Below the pieces are notes generated by a model. The model saw only the letters and a program-made list of their open reading frames with translations. It searched no databases and was not told the DNA's origin. The translations under genes and the position numbers were made by a program. A stretch of 64,000 nt of DNA from Octopus sinensis (Eukaryota), in contig NC_042999.1 of assembly GCF_006345805.1 (NCBI RefSeq), positions 149,482,001 to 149,546,000 on the forward strand. Direction: 5' to 3'. Below are positions 38,272 through 54,020 of the stretch, piece by piece (position 1 is the stretch's first letter; the number at the start of each line of letters is the position of its first letter).

Positions 38272-38458
38272 TAATAATAATAATAATAATAATAAAACGG
38301 AATTAAACCTGTGTGTGTAGTAACTCAAGAAAACAAAATTCGTTTCAACACACGAATTCACATCAAGAATCTTGCAAACTATATATAAAAACTAAGTATT
38401 ATTTGCTGCAAGCGAAATACGTTTCAAATGATGGTTATAGAGCGAATACGTTTTCATA

Positions 38459-38813
38459 GGCGCAGGCGTGGCTGTGTGGTAAGAAGCTTGCTTCCCAACC
38501 ACATGGTTCCGGATTCAGTCTCACTGCATGGCACTTCGGGCCGACCAAAGTCTTGTGAATGGATTTGGCAAACGGAAACTGAAGGAGGCCCGTCGTATAT
38601 GTGTGTGTGTGGGGGGGGATCTCCCACCACCCTCGCTTGACAACCGGTACTGGTGTGTTTGCGTCCCCGTAACTTAGCGGTTCGGCAATAGAGACAGACA
38701 AAATAAATACCAGATTTAAAATAAGTACTGGGGTCGATTCATTCGACTCAAAATTCTACAAGGCGGTGCTCCAGCATGACCACAGTAATTACTGAAACAA
38801 GTAAAAGATAAAA
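38459..38813 (+). mobile_element. SINE family B, internally deleted
   Basis: Family B head and tail. Confidence 0.82.
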
Positions 38814-38848
38814 GATTTGTTTTTGTTTCATATATATATATACATATA

Positions 38849-39234
38849 GGCGCAGGAGTGGCTGTGTGGTAAGTAGCTTGCTAACCAACCACATGGTTCC
38901 AGGTTCAGTCCCACTACGTGGCATCTTGGGCAAGTGTCTTCTGCTATAGCCCCGGGCCGACCAATGCCCTGTGAGTGGATTTGGTAGACGGAAACTGAAA
39001 GAAGCCTGTCGTAAATATGTATATATATGTATATGTATGTATGTGTTTGTGTGTCTGTGTTTGTACCCCAGCATTGCTTGACAACCGATGCTGGTGTGTT
39101 TACGTCCCCGTTACTTAGCGGTTCGGCAAAAGAGACCGATAGAATAAGTCCCGGGGTCGATTTGCTCGACTAAAGGCGGTGCTCCAGCATGGCCGCAGTC
39201 AAATGACTGAAACATGTAAAAGAGTAAAAGAGTA
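38849..39234 (+). mobile_element. SINE family B, full length
   Basis: Pol III A/B-box-like head (TGGCTGTGTGG / GGTTCAGTCCC), CORE-like CTTGGGCAAGTG, internal TA/TG microsatellite, GAGTAAAA tail repeats. Confidence 0.9.
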
Positions 39235-39696
39235 TATCCGTGTTTAATATTTAGAATATTTGAGCGGTAGGAGATAAAATAGTTAAAAGAAATACCGGGC
39301 TAGCGACAACTCGATCGGCAAGGTAATAGGTTGAATTAATCGATCATATCCTGCTCTAGTACCTCACAAATAATTATCTGGACTATTCAAGTAGTTGTCT
39401 CTGGTTTCGTTATCTCGTCACACCTTTACCTAAATAACTGATCTTTACTTTGTAGTTAGTAAAAATTATGTTATATACCCACCAGCATAGCGGTCAGCCC
39501 CGGGCGACACTTTTAAAGGAGCGGCACATTTAAAGCGGCGGCACTTTTCATCATGTTGTAGGCTATTGCTGTGGGTAATATGTGTTTTTAGTGGGGCCTG
39601 AGGGCGGCAAACGGATGGGCCGCTATGGGCTGCACACACTCTAGCTATGCTAGTGCATATATCTAATCTTGTGCGACATCGAAGTATTTCGTGTCA

Positions 39697-40065
39697 GTGG
39701 TGGTGCAATGGCCCAGTGGTTAGGGAAGCGGACTCGCGGTCGTGGGATCGTGGTTTCGATTCCCAGACCGGGCGTTGTGTTTATTGAACGAAAACACCTA
39801 AAGCTCCATGAGGCTCCGGCAGGGGTCGTGGCGAATACTGCTGTACTCTTTCTCTCACTCTTTCTTCCTGTTTCTGTTGTACCTGTATTTCAAAGAGCCA
39901 GCCTTGTCACACACTGTGTCACGCCGAATCTCCCCGAGAACTACGTTAAGGGTAGACGCGTCTGTAGAGTGCTCAGTCATTTACACGTCAATTTCACGAG
40001 CAGGCTGTTCCGTTGATCGGATCAACTGGAACCTTCGTCGTCGTAACCGACAGAGTGCAACGACG
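39697..40065 (+). mobile_element. SINE family C head with alternative tail
   Basis: GCAATGGCCCAGTGGTTAGGG..GGTTTCGATTCCC head; tail related to 42440-42600 (-). Confidence 0.78.
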
Positions 40066-43000
40066 ATTTCGTGTCAGCTTGTCTAACACTGCAGCTAATA
40101 AGCTACAGAACAATAGACCATAAAATGCTTATACTTATCTTCCTGACGTGAATCAGAATCTATGTACTTTAGTTACATACAACATTTTTACTTAACATTT
40201 TAAATTTTACACGCTCTATTAAAAACAATTTCCCTTTCTACTTCTTTTAACTATAAAATGGCAGTGGCACAGGAAATCCACATTTGCCGAATTGTCCTTC
40301 AGAAGTGCGGTGAAATCTTCTGAAGCATCCAAGCTTTGTAAGGACTCGCTGAGACCGCCGACAATTTTAACAGTTCAAAGACAAATTTGAAAGGGATCAG
40401 CCCACAGTTACTGCCAGTCTCAAATATTATCACTTGAAATATGTAATGACCGAAGAAATTACAATATTTTCTGAATTTCGTTTCCTCAGCTTCCAATACT
40501 GAAGAATCGGATCTATGTGCACTGAGAACGTAAGATCAAGCGGAAAGTGTCTATGACTGTTGCATACCAGAACAGACGCTTTTTTAAAAATTATTTCTAA
40601 AGAAACTAAGTCAGTTCATCGGGACAGCGCCCGACACAATTAGTCAAGACTACAGACTTCAGAATGCTGGGAATTCCCACTTTGGAAGAAAATCTCTTGA
40701 GTCTGCGAGAGAAGCAATGATAATTCTTTAATATTGCCACATGTGTACCGAACTGATTCACACTTTGTAACTTAAGCGGATTGTTATATGCAATCTCTCG
40801 TGGTTGAGGTTTCCGATGGAAAATAAAAGAAGATCGTTAACTCATAGAGATTTGGCTGCAAGTATTCGACTCCTATCATAGTGATCAGCATCTATGGCAG
40901 GTAAATCACTCGTCCCTCTAGAAACAATATTGTCTATTTCTGTCTTCGCTTCTGTTTAGTGCCAAGGATAAAAACAGGGATAAAAGCTCATATCCTGTGG
41001 AACTCAAGAGGTGATTAACTAGAGTGGCCGAGCTACATATAAGACATAACGAACAATGAACGAAATCTCAGACCTCCATGTTTTACTAGAAAATGGATTT
41101 GTGCCAGATTCGAATCAGACAGATCGACATTAATAATAATAATGAAGAAACAAACCTACATCACAATATCGGACCGAGACAAAAGAGAGGCCAATTGATG
41201 TGAAGGGTTGGAGCGCAGAAAGTACACCACGTAAGGAAGACAAAGTATTTCAAAGCAAAAAGAAGGATCGTATGTTTTTAATACTATCATCGGTGAGCGT
41301 AATACAGAAATTTTGTTGTTAATTAAATGAGGCAAGAAGCAAATTGACAGTCATTAGTGTCGGACAGAATGTTTTGCAGTGTTTGTTCCGGCACTTTGCG
41401 TTTTGGTCCATTTGACTGGTAGACTTAGCCCTCGACCGCTTTAACATCACCATCTGGCTCCGAGAGTGCCTTTAGCGGAGTCCACTCGGTTGCAAGCATC
41501 CAGGCCAAGCATCAGGCTTGAAGGTGCTTTTCTCACCCATCCCCCAACTAGTCTTAAAGGCCGCGTAACAGGCCATGGCCACTGTTTGCCATTCTGACGA
41601 AAATATTGAACCAAAAAAAGCATCATGGGTAAGAGGGACAACTAGCAGAGCCCAATACGAATTTTCCAGAATGTGAAGAGAAGACTGTTTCCGGGTAGTC
41701 ATCCAAGTTTTGACTGAAGATGAGGATGTTTTTAGCTTTATGAAATTCTAGGTCTCATTCCACTGAAGTTTGAGTCAATGGTTCCGAAACTTCCAAAAGC
41801 ATTAAGAGTATGACTTGCAATATTTGTGTCCTTCAATATTGATGGGCCAAAACAATAGACAGTCTGTGTGTCGTTTCAACTTTCTCGCTTCCGATTTTAA
41901 ATCCCGTTGTGTGAAATACTGAGTAGCAAGCGCTGGAGCATGATGGTTGGCAAAATTTTTGGTAGATAGATTCAGACTATTGTATCAGAAAATTAAATTA
42001 AATTAGGAAAGAGAACATTTATTTCTACGCATCTGCCTGACCTGCTCAGAATCAGCCAAAATATCCATCATCTCTTGGTCACAGACTACAGTGTTGCATT
42101 AAATATCAATTCATCAAATATCGATTTTTTTTTTCTCAGGCACAAGAATAATTGTTGAAGAGACGTATAAACGAGAGTAAAAATAAATGTTTTCCGTCAA
42201 TTTCGACAATAAGTAGTCAGCTGTTCGATGAAATGTAGTATCTACTTATTTAATTAGAATATAAGTGGCTGAGCATTCCACAGAGACACGTGTCCTTAAT
42301 GTAATTCTCAGGCAGAACCAGCATGATACAGCGCGTAACAATGACGGACCTTTGAATTACAAACGCAATGCACTCAACAGGCTTCAGTTTTCATCTATTA
42401 TCATGTTCTTGGGTCACTCAATGGCCACGGTAATCTAATGACACTCCGTCGGTTACGATGGCGAGTGTTCCGGTTGATCCTATCAACGGAATAGTCTGCT
42501 CGTGGAATTAACGCGCAAATGGCTCGATACTCCATAGACACGCGTAGCCTTAACATAGTTCTCAAGGAGATTCAGTGTGACAAGGCTGGCCCTTTGAAAT
42601 GCAGATAGAATCATTTTTGCCAGCTGAGTGGACTGAAGCAACGTGAAATAAAGTGTCTTGCTCAAGGACACAACGCGTCGCCGGGAATTGAACTCACGAT
42701 CGTAAGCTGGCTAGCCTAATCAATAAGCAACACACCTTCACGAATGGCTACGGTAAATGACACTCAATATTCCACACACTGGAATCGAACTTGGATTACT
42801 GTAATTGCGAAGCGAACTTTTTAACCACTCGGCCATGCTATGTTTACGACAGGCAACGCAGCATAAAACTGGTATCGTAGTGACTGCATCGATCCAAGAG
42901 TTATTAGTTTTACAAACAGACTATTGTTTACAAAGCACAAGAATAAAATTTTCTTTGAAAAAGAATCGACCCTAAGTAAATATTCATCGTAAACGTTAGT

Positions 43001-46000
43001 GTAATAAATAGAATCAATTATTTCATATTTCGTGGTCAGAATTATTCATCGATGAATGATCAACTCTGTTGATATCAAAATGGTGACGGATTGAAATCAT
43101 GATATGGTGTTCATATCATTGACGTGATGACAGCAAAATATGGCTACGACCGAAAATCGAACCATCGGGAAGTTGTTTTCCACCATGCTACAGTGCTAAC
43201 CACAACTTGCATGTTGAAACTTGTCTTTCATTCTTTCGGGTGGATGAAATAAATAACAATTGAACACTTTGGTCGAACCGAGTTGAAGTACACAGATATT
43301 GCAAGTTATACGTTAACCTCCAGTTATTAATGAGTTCTTAAAGACAATAAATCAGATATAATTTCCTATCAGTCCAGAAACAGAGTAAAAGGTGAGATTT
43401 GAAAAGAGAGGCCCCTGGCGTAGGTGTGAAAGAACGCAATTTTCTCTTTTGTTTATTCGTGTAATTAATGAATGTGTACCCGAACACCGAGAACCTTTGC
43501 TATGCCACTGGATCGACCTATAATTTTTTAATTACAAAGAAACATAAAACGAACTCGTTACAGCTATCCAACTCTTGAAAGAGTATATTTTAATCAACTC
43601 CATCAAATATCGAAATATAGACATGTTTATTCTTAACGTGTTTCAGACAGAACCAGCGTGACACAGCGCGTGATAAGGATCGACCTTATATAAGCCATCA
43701 GACAACTTTCCACGCAGTTTCCATCTACTTAATTTCACCCACAATCAAATTATGTAAAAAGGTAAATGTCATAGAATTAAGTCTATAACATATATCAAAC
43801 AAAAAACTATTTACCTCTCGTTGCGCGACTTGTTCGAAATACAGACAAATCTCCATCAGATTTCTTAGAAACAAGCTACAAGAGTGAGTTCCATTCTCAA
43901 AAGAAGTAACAGACTCTGATCCTACCAGTTATCGTCATCACTCTCACTTTTACCATCACCGAAGTTAGCAACGGAGCCAGCCATTAGCAACAGCTTTCTC
44001 CATCACTCCTTCCCAAATAACCACCACCACAGTTTTCAAAAAGTTAAATCTCTAACAATTTTTTTTAATCAGGGTAAGGCCGCTGTTTTAGAGCCAGTGC
44101 AGCTTGAAGCCAGTGTCTTCGAAGGGGTTGCTGTCAGAACATAAAAGACCGGAACAAATATCGCAAAGCATCCGCCCCGAACCCCTAACAGTTCTTACAA
44201 CCCTCCACTCTGGATCGATAATTTTGGTGGTTGAAAAGGGTAACGAATTGAATTGTTTTTCCATTCACCTTCATTATTCATTTATTTATGCTTATCTAGT
44301 TTCCTCCGGTTTCATACAACGGAAATTACGATTATGAAAGATTTTTTTCTAAAAATTTCAATCTCTAAACGCTTTTGCCTCAAACTCCATTCGATTCTCT
44401 TTTCCTCCTGCTTTTCTTTTTCCCGACCTTGAAAAGATGAAATACAAAGCAACTTCGGTGAGATGGAAGTCGTAACAAATACTGTAAGGCATTCTATCCC
44501 ATTTCTTTACTACCCATAAGGGGCTAAACAGAGAGGACAAACAAGGACAGACAAACGGATTAAGTCGATTATACCGACCCCACTGCGTAACTGGTACTTA
44601 TTTAATCGACCCCGAAAGGATGAAAGGCAAAGACCTTAACATTGCTCATACGCCGTCTGAAACGTGTGCGCACATTTACTTTATGCACAAAGTGCGCTAA
44701 AATATTTGATTTACTCGAAAAATTTTTAAAATGGGATATCCACTACCCCACAGTCTTGTAGAGGGAGCAGACCATTTAGATAATCTGGTTCCAGATGTGC
44801 AATGCTTAAGAAAAGGAAGGGGTACTCATAACCTCAGCAGTGCTGATCTGACGCCACACAACAAGAAACTATATTAAAGAATGAATGTTAGTGATATACG
44901 AACTCATTTTTGTGTTTATTGTAAATGAATGCGCGTTTATACAAAATTTACTTATTGCTATTTCTAAAAATAAATAGGTAAAGTATATCCCAATCTTGGT
45001 AAATATACTCTTGTCGTAGATGCAAAATAATACATGGTGACAGCATGGACTTCTCAGTTACGTCCGATGGTATAACAAGCGTAAGTTGAATTTTACAAAC
45101 TTCTTCCTGGCAGCATGACTTCTTGTTGATGCAAACTATATAAAATTCTCTTTGGTTATATTTGATATTGGTAGAATTAAATTTGATATTACTATGCATT
45201 GGTAGAATTAATGAAGAAAACAAAAATTTACTAATAAACGTACACGGGAAAGGCATGAATGTCACTGTACCAGTTTTGATTCGGACAAAAATTTCAAAAC
45301 ATTTCTGTAGTTACGGCTGGGGTGTTAGGGTTAGGGTTGGGGAAAAAAGTCAAAACTGAAGAATTTGGTGGGGGGAATTTAACAATGCCGATTTTTGGGC
45401 AAATTTCCGGAACGTCCGTATCCGAAAACGGGGGTTTTTTGAAAAAAAAAATTAATGAACAAATTTGGGAGAAAATGCGGGGGTGGGGGAGGAAGTCTTT
45501 CCAATATGTTTTTTGTGGGGTCTGGGGGCGGCAAACGGAAGGGCCGCCCCGAGTGGCACACACTCAAGGTATGCTAGTGGCCTGATCAAAACAATAATTA
45601 TTTTTACTAAATGCACAAAGCCTGAAATTTTAAGGGAAGGGACTAGTCGATTGTAGCGACTCAGTACTTTACTGGCACTTACTGGACAAGCTCGGCGGTA
45701 TTTGAACTCAGAACCGAGAGACGGACCAAATGCCTCTAAGCATTTCGCCCAGCGTGCTAACGATTCTGCCAAATAAAATAAATAAAACCATATCTAAGAG
45801 AAATGAACAAGCTAGAAATATAAGAGAACTTTTTTAGTTTCGAGCTGCCTTTAAGTCCCAACGTCCCGAGTTCAAATACAGTATGAGTTAACTTACCATT
45901 CACGTTTCCATTGAATACCAGTTATGTACTGGTATTCATTCAAGCCACTGATCAAAGACAGCATATCTCTTATAAGTATAAACAATTTAAAGACCGATCA

Positions 46001-49000
46001 GTCGTGAGAAAATTGAAAAATCTATAATTTGGAACAATAAAGTACCTTTTAAGTGATTTGAGGAAAAAAAAAATCAAAGGGCTCGGGAAAATCATTAGCT
46101 TGCGATCATTTTGCTTCTTCTATACAAAGAAACAAATAATAAGTTCTTTAAGTTTTATATTTATAGAAAACAAATGAGATTATATGACATTCATATCATT
46201 CTTATGTAAAGAAGAATGAAATTGTGACATGCATAGTATGCTTTGCATACCTTCCTAAACGACCACATAAAGTGAAATGAATACAACTGAAAGTTGAAAC
46301 CTAGAAGGAAGAAATCTCTCACCAATCTGTTTACGCTATTTAACAACATATTATAATACTTGTAGCATCTAGTTTTTATCGTAACTACTTATATTGCACA
46401 ATATTTATTATTTATATACGTGACTGATTATGAAATAAACATAGACCAGAGGAGCCTCTTCATGGTTGATCTATGACCCGCAATCGCAACCAAATCTCCA
46501 TGCTATACCTACCATATAGATTTTTTTTTAAGGACACATTAGATACTCTAGTGTGTGATACACTATGGTTACAATTGGATTGCTTTAAACCATGTGGTGT
46601 CTCCTTAATAACAGCTAATGTCTCACGTATAGTAGAGCTAACCGCGTCACGGTTACTATTACTCCCATCTCGCGAGACGGATGTCAGTGAAAAAATTTAC
46701 TAGAAAAAAAAGGACACAGAAATGAGTTGGGGAGGGGGGACAAAATGTAAACGATTAAATTGGGGGGGGGGGCAAAAATTCTTTCACAAAATGAAACCAC
46801 CGCCCAATTCTTTGCTCTTTTTCTTTCTTCATGAGGCAGTGATAGATATTCCGAAAGTCCGCTAATCGTATCATGAAACGAGTGTAGGTTTATTAAAAAT
46901 CCACCGTCGTAAATTGCGAGCCAATAAGATTTGGTAGTCCCTACCATACTTTCACTAATTATTTTCAGTGTAATCGCGAGCAGATACAGGCACTCTCTCG
47001 CTCCCCTTAACTTTGACTGAGCGGAGTATCCTGGATGAGATAGATGGAGGGAGAGAGACAGCCGTACCAGCAGCCTTCTGGTCTTATCACATTACAGGTG
47101 GTATCCGACATAAAAAATATATACATTACTTGCATGTTTAATAATAATAATACACAACCAGGGACAAAAGGAACTAACCTAACACTGATTAAATACATAC
47201 AACGCGAAACAAAAACTGTGAACCATGGAAATTGTTTGAGTATTTTCGGATAGACCGGAGTTTCAACTCCGAAACATTTTTAAAATGGAAAGTTAAATTG
47301 GTAGATTCTTTTGGGCATGCAAAAATATATATTAACAAGATAGTTACGAGGAAAAAGTCCTTTCTTTGGGTGAAGACCACTAACCTGTAATTATGCTAAA
47401 TAACGAAATGGTCCTGGTTGGAACACTTTAGAAAAGATGGATATTTAGAAAAACTTAGCCTATGGTTCGATATCTAAACTAGTCAACGTTAAGAAATAGC
47501 AGCTAAACCCTTTTTGAATAAGGAAATGAATTGGAAAAAAAAGTTAGTTTTTTAAAGAATTATTTCATTTCAACATAATAACCTTAACCAATAACTCTTA
47601 AACTCAAACCCTTAACTCCCGGGACTTGTTTCCTCAGAATATTTTCAATAATGCATATTGCACGTGTAAAGGAATCAACCAATGTATTTTCCATTTTGGA
47701 ATTTTTCTGTTACGGAATTTAAATTCTGGGATATCCCATATTCCCGTAAGACCCCAGTTCTTAAACTCAAAAACAAATACCAGTACCCTGCCCCCAACAT
47801 TAAGGGCTATTTTTGTTCCCGCCTCATTATTAATGAGAAAACAAATCAGAGTTTACATCCAAGTAATCTTTCTTCTCTGTGGAGTTGCGCAAGTTTTAAA
47901 AGTTCAAAACCATACTAACTTTATAAAACAGGAGTTTAATAGGGCTCTTCAAAATTTTTACATCCCTATCCAGAGGAGCCGGTCGGTCCCGCTTCCTTGA
48001 GATCCAAGATGCGGATGGAATAATAGATTTGGCAGTTAAACAATAACGAAAAAGAGCCGCGGAGTGTCTGCATTTTCTATGTAAAATATCTAAGGGTGGG
48101 ATATGATGTAAAGAAAAAAGATTTTAAAAGGTTATGTTCCACATATACATAACTACATAAAAATCATAATATAAAAAAATTACGATTCAGTGACCTGTAA
48201 ATTTTGTCTAAAAAAGTAAATCTTTTGACACCCACTAAATTAACTGATGGCTTTCAGACTTTTCTCAGACGATAAATAATATTTATCATTTCATAAGGCA
48301 GTATGTAATCTAACACAAATCGTTGATTTGAAGTTTGACCTGAATATATATATATTTGAGTACAGAAATACTTCTTGTGTACGGACAAAGATAAAAGCAA
48401 TCTTTTTGAAATTGACAAAAAAAAAAAATTAAATTCACAAGTTGCAGTTGCAGTTGCATTTTTGCTTGCTGCATAATATAAATTCTGCTGATTCATACCA
48501 CCCCCAAACATAAACAGAAATGAAATTTGTAGCAATGCTCACTCACTCACAAGAAAATAATAAACAATAAAAGTTAAGAATTTGTTGACTAATTCACTGG
48601 AAATAAAATTCACACGCTTCCAAATCTCTTACAGGACAAATGTCCACAGCTTTTTCAATTATTTTCATTGAACAAATTCTTGGTTATCCGGGTGTTTTAG
48701 TTCTTTTCCTTAAACTTTATATCAATAAAATAAGGGGCATGTGTTAGGATCCGGGTTTTATAATTTAAAACATTTAAACTTTGGCGAAAGAAAGAACAGG
48801 TTGTAACGGAGGAAATTTACAATTCCTAACAATTTTAATTTTACAGATATATGTTCTCACATAAAATAAAAAGAGAATCGGAGAGAAAATACATTAGCAG
48901 GAACTGGCTTTGATTTATAACTAGTTTTCTTGCATAAGAAAAGATCGAATCACAATGATTTAATTTGGATCCTACCGAAGTGTGACTGATGCTATCATTA

Positions 49001-49758
49001 TATATATATCAACACTGAAACTGAATTAATAAAAGAAACATTACACAATTAGAATAAAGTGCGTGCATATATATATATATATATATATATATTGTATACA
49101 CACACACTCGTGTGTGCACGGTGATATATACGATAAATGTAATTGTATCGATATATTGATTAAAGTTACATAAAAATTTTGAAAAAGGCATGAGATGTTA
49201 CGGCATACCATAGTAAACGTTTGTTGTTGGTTTTAAATTAACAAACATTATTACGATACAAAGCAAATGATAATGATAATAACAATATTTAAATTTTGAC
49301 AGTGATTAACTTACCAGAGTGAATTGTATATAAATAGGTACGCCTCGTTAACAGAACGAAAATAAAATGTCATTGCAATTGACGAAGGCCGGGGCCTTAT
49401 TTTTTTTCTTTTAGTTAAATAAAACAAGTCTGAGCGGTTAAAATAATAATAGACAGAAACTGATACCAAATCCTCTGTTGTTCGGAAGAAACTTCTTTAA
49501 TATAAAAAAACAAATTGCTCAAATAAAGCAGTAGTAGTCGTTGCATATCAAACTAGACTAAAAAAAAAAGTGACGGGGGAAACCGTATTTCCTCTCTTTT
49601 TCTGTCTTTCTTTCTTTCTTTCTCTCTATTTCTTTCTTTCTCTTTCTTCCACCCTCTTTTTCTATTCTTTCTTTCCTGGCCTAACTTCAGACCGGTTGTG
49701 AATTCGAACTTACATTTATTCAACTAACTTCGCTATTACAAATGTGCATGTATTTGTA

Positions 49759-49807
<49 letters not shown>

Positions 49808-49836
49808 AATATATACATACACACACATACAAATAC

Positions 49837-49879
<43 letters not shown>

Positions 49880-50047
49880 CACATACATACATGCATACTT
49901 ACACTATACATATACACAGTCGCATTTGCAGGTGACAAAGAGCCAACTATCGTTTTTTGATAGATTTTATAATTGAGTGTTGGGGACATAACTTCACGGT
50001 TCACATCATCCGCTGTCACGGCAAATTAAAAAAGTGTGTGTGTATAT

Positions 50048-50094
<47 letters not shown>

Positions 50095-50142
50095 CATTTT
50101 AGAAAGTTGATGTGATGAAATAAGTTTATTGTACATGTGCAT

Positions 50143-50150
50143 AGATAGAT

Positions 50151-50231
<81 letters not shown>

Positions 50232-50297
50232 GTAGGTAGGTAGATAGGTAGGTAGGTAGGTAGGTAGGTAGGTAGGTAGATAGATAGATAGATAGAT
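50143..50297. repeat. (TAGA)n/(TAGG)n microsatellite
   Basis: Seen directly in sequence. Confidence 0.97.
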
Positions 50298-50838
50298 CCC
50301 ATTTTAAAACATGAGCATCGTGATGACAAATAATTAGGTTTAGGGTGTATGATCAGGTAACTTGATAAATTGTTATTGATAGCATATTAAACCGAAGTGG
50401 AAGTCCTGCCAGGTAGACCTAAGTATTTATTGACATTCTGTCACTCGCAGCTCGGCAGAATCGTTAGCATACCGGACAATAAGCTTAGCAGCATTTCGTC
50501 CGTCTTTAAGTTCTGATTTCAAATTCCGCCGAGGTCGACTTTGCCCTTCATCCTTACCTGGGGCGATGAAATAAGTACCAGTTGTGCACTGGGTCGATGT
50601 AATTGATTTAACCTCTTCCTTCAGAATTTTTAGACCTTGTGCATATAGCTGAAAAGGTTTTTTTTTCTTTTTTTTCGTTAAACCTTCATAACACACACGC
50701 ACATACCTACACACACATTCAATATTTTGTCCTGTGTCGTCCATAATGTTTTCCTTGATGTAAACACTTTGTGCTAAAAAAAAAAGAAACCACCACCACC
50801 ATCATCATCATCATTATTATCATTATTATTATTATGAA

Positions 50839-51040
50839 AGCAGCGAGCTGGCAGAATCGTTAGCACGCCGGGCGAAATGCTTAGCAGTATTTCGTCTGAG
50901 GCTAAGTTCTGAGTTCAAATTCCACCGAAGTCGACTTTACCTTTCATCTTTTCGGGGTCGATAAATTAAGTACCAGTTGGGGTCAATGTGATCGACTATT
51001 TCCACCCACTTGTGGCTATAGAAAAAAGGATTGTTGTTGT
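50839..51040 (+). mobile_element. SINE family A
   Basis: GCGAGCTGGCAGAATCGTTAGCACGCCGGGCGAAATGC..GGGGTCGATAAATTAAGTACCAG. Confidence 0.85.
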
Positions 51041-53439
51041 TGCTGTTGTTATTTGTCTCTCTTGCAAGCCTGAAAGCTTTGTAAGAGAAAGTTAGTCCAT
51101 GACAGGGGGGTATACCCTTGTCGATCACCAGCTGCATGTGATCTGTTGAATGACAACACGAGTCGTGTTCTGCAAGAGAAACCATGTGCAGAAAAGGATA
51201 GTGCCTGACAGTGACACAAACGTCCGTAAATTACAGAATAAGGAACCAGCTTACTTCAAAGGTGTGTGTGTGATTAAGAGAGTATAGTTTTGTTTGTGGT
51301 GGGGTGGGATATTAAATAACTCTTTTGTAAGTTTAAACAGTGCGGTTATAGCCGTACCAGAGCACTTCGTAAGCTTTGTTTGTTGTAATTTCTAATGTTT
51401 GCCTTAGTTTTCTGTGTCAGATCTTATAGAGTTGATTAACTCGTAAATTGATGTTGTTATTTAACCCCAGGTCAGCTCTGATTAACAGACATGCCAAACA
51501 TGATTGATTACCCACACCTACCTACCTACCCGTTTTTGATTTTTGTTCGCTGTGTATCAAAAATCGCGTTATTCAATCTGTTGCTTTTAAGAATGTATAA
51601 TGTAATTTAAGGGAGATTTGATTGCTATTTCTAGTAAATTAAACGACTGTCTAGAAGCTCATTTGTTGGCTCGCGGTTCACTTGACTCGTAAATTGATAG
51701 CATTAGTAATTTTTACTTCCTTTAGTTTGTTGGTGAATGAGGAATTTCAGGAAAGCAAATATACTCGTTGGCGGATGTTGTTTACATAACATATGCTAGA
51801 AACTTTTTTGAGCTCGGGGTGGGAGATGTCTTCTTTTACCAATTATTATCAGTTTATTCGCATTTAGGGTACATTATCGCAATAATATAAATCAACTGCT
51901 GTATTGACTTTATCGACCCTAGTGAAATTTGAATTTGGAACACAAGGACCGTAAGTAAATACCACAAGGCATTTTGTTCAACACTAGCAATTCTACCAAT
52001 CTACTGTTTGTCAGCTATGAACAGACAGGATAAGCATTCTTTGGATATTTTCGAAGTCGCATTCTTGGCGATATTTTTTGCCGTTGACTCAGTAGTAGCT
52101 GTATCAATAAGCATTTGTGACTCAGTAATTGGAACAGTATAGCTGTAATGACCTGGTAGAATTTTTTTTGGTAATATGACGCTACTGGGACAATTCTGTT
52201 GATGTGGAAATAGGAGACAAACTATACAGCGTCTTAGCATTATCTGTGACCAAAATGCGTCGATTTACTTAAGTATCTGTGGCAGGGCTGCCGTTACAGC
52301 TTAAAAGAGCTCCAATGCACAGAGGTCTCTCTACGTTAACAACAGCATCATTTATAGATTAGCACTGAGATCCTATCTCAGTGGGTCCCCCAGGTGACAA
52401 TGCAGTGTGTCCAAGCATGATAAAGCCACTAATCTGTGTGGCCCAGTTAATGTGACCGTTTGCAGGTAGCAACTAGAAAATCTATATATTCTTCATGAAG
52501 ATGCTGTATTCTTTGCTTTGAGTAGATCTGATTGGGACTTAATAAATTCAAGTTCTATAAAGAGTCCTCTATTTTGGTATTTCAAGAGATGCAGTGAAGA
52601 CCAACATAAAAAAAAAATCATTCATTGTTTAATCATGTAGTTAATAGTGTACCTTATAGAAGTACTCTACTTTTCCTAGTGAAGGAAGCTCATTCCACTC
52701 GCAAATTACAATACATTTTTCTAGCAACTCACTGCCGCTGATCTCGTAGAAGAGATTGAATGTTATGTTAAATCTCTGAGCAAGATATAAACAGTAGCAA
52801 TACGGAACCGTAACATATATTTGACAACTAAGTGTCGCATCCTATACATGACAGTGCTACTGATGTTTATAGCCCCAGGAAGACATCTCCTCCAACTGGC
52901 TAATGACACACGTTCTGGGTCCAATTAGTATTTGTGAAGAGAGGTCATCGCTCCCATCTCTAGTCTTACATGATACACATGGACTCAAGTAACTGACAGA
53001 GACAATTCTTTGTGCATTTGCCATGTTTTATGCAAGGGCTCTGTGGATTGACATGCCACAGGAACCATCCACAATGGCAGAAAAGAAGATTATAATATGC
53101 TGACATTTTGGTGTGGTTGAAACGAAATTTTATTTTAACTGAGATTGAGGAAGAAATTAATTCTAATAGAGTTACCCTGTAAAAAGCACTTGTGCTGGCA
53201 TCATATAAAAATAATGGTTCTGGGTCCACATAAAATGCACTGCTTCTGATGCCACATAGAAAGTGCCCAGTACCCTCTGCAAACTGGTTGGCAGTAGGAA
53301 GAACATGCAGCTGTAAAAACCAGGCCAAAATAAACTATGGAACTTGGGTACACACACACACACATATAAAGACAGTTTTCATATGTTGAAGATGCACAGG
53401 ATCCATAAAAACCTTAGAGATGGGAAATTGATTCTCTCA

Positions 53440-54020
53440 AATTCCCTGGTGGTTCATTAGATGTAGTAGATAATTTCTGCAACCTAGGGGACCAAATTAG
53501 TAGTGAGAGAAGATGTACAGAGAGTGTGATTGCTAGAATAAGAATAGAATGGAGAAAATCCAGAAAGCTGTTACTGCTGTTGGCCTCAAAAGATTTCTCT
53601 CTCCAAGTGAAAGGAAGATTGCATGATGCAATTCTTCATAGTAGTGAGACATGGGCCCTGAATGTAGAGGACATGCGAAAGTTAGAGAGGAATGAGGCTA
53701 GTATGCTCTGCTGGCTGTATAATGTAAGTGTATATGTTCAACAGAGTGCCAGTGTTCTGAGAGAGAAGTTAGGAATAAGAAGAATTTGTTGCTGTGTGCA
53801 AGAGAGAAGACTGTGCTGGTTTGGTCATGTGATGCAGATGGATGCTGAAGGTTCTAATAAAGAAGTGCTGCTCTCTCAAAATGGATGGAACACATGGAAG
53901 TAGGAGACCCAGGAAGACATGGGATGAAGTACTGAAGGATGAACTCAGGATGCTGAACCTTTCAGGTGAGATGACAAAGGACCAAAATAGCTAGTGCCTG
54001 GCCATACTCAAGAAGACCTC
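53440..54020 (+). pseudogene. Older RTE LINE ORF fragment
   Basis: ARIRIEWRKSRKLL..VKGRL..LHSSETWAL..VQERRLCWFGHVMQMD..RPRKTWDEV, with frameshifts. Confidence 0.85.

Noticed and set aside
41710-41757. CTGAAGA..GAAA spacing
   Set aside because: Stem II is mostly G.U and stem I does not pair; likely chance.
46780-47130. Possible promoter (CCAAT, slightly more CpG)
   Set aside because: Short motifs only, with no associated gene.
52001-52240. 79-aa minus-strand ORF
   Set aside because: No recognisable domain or convincing splice context.
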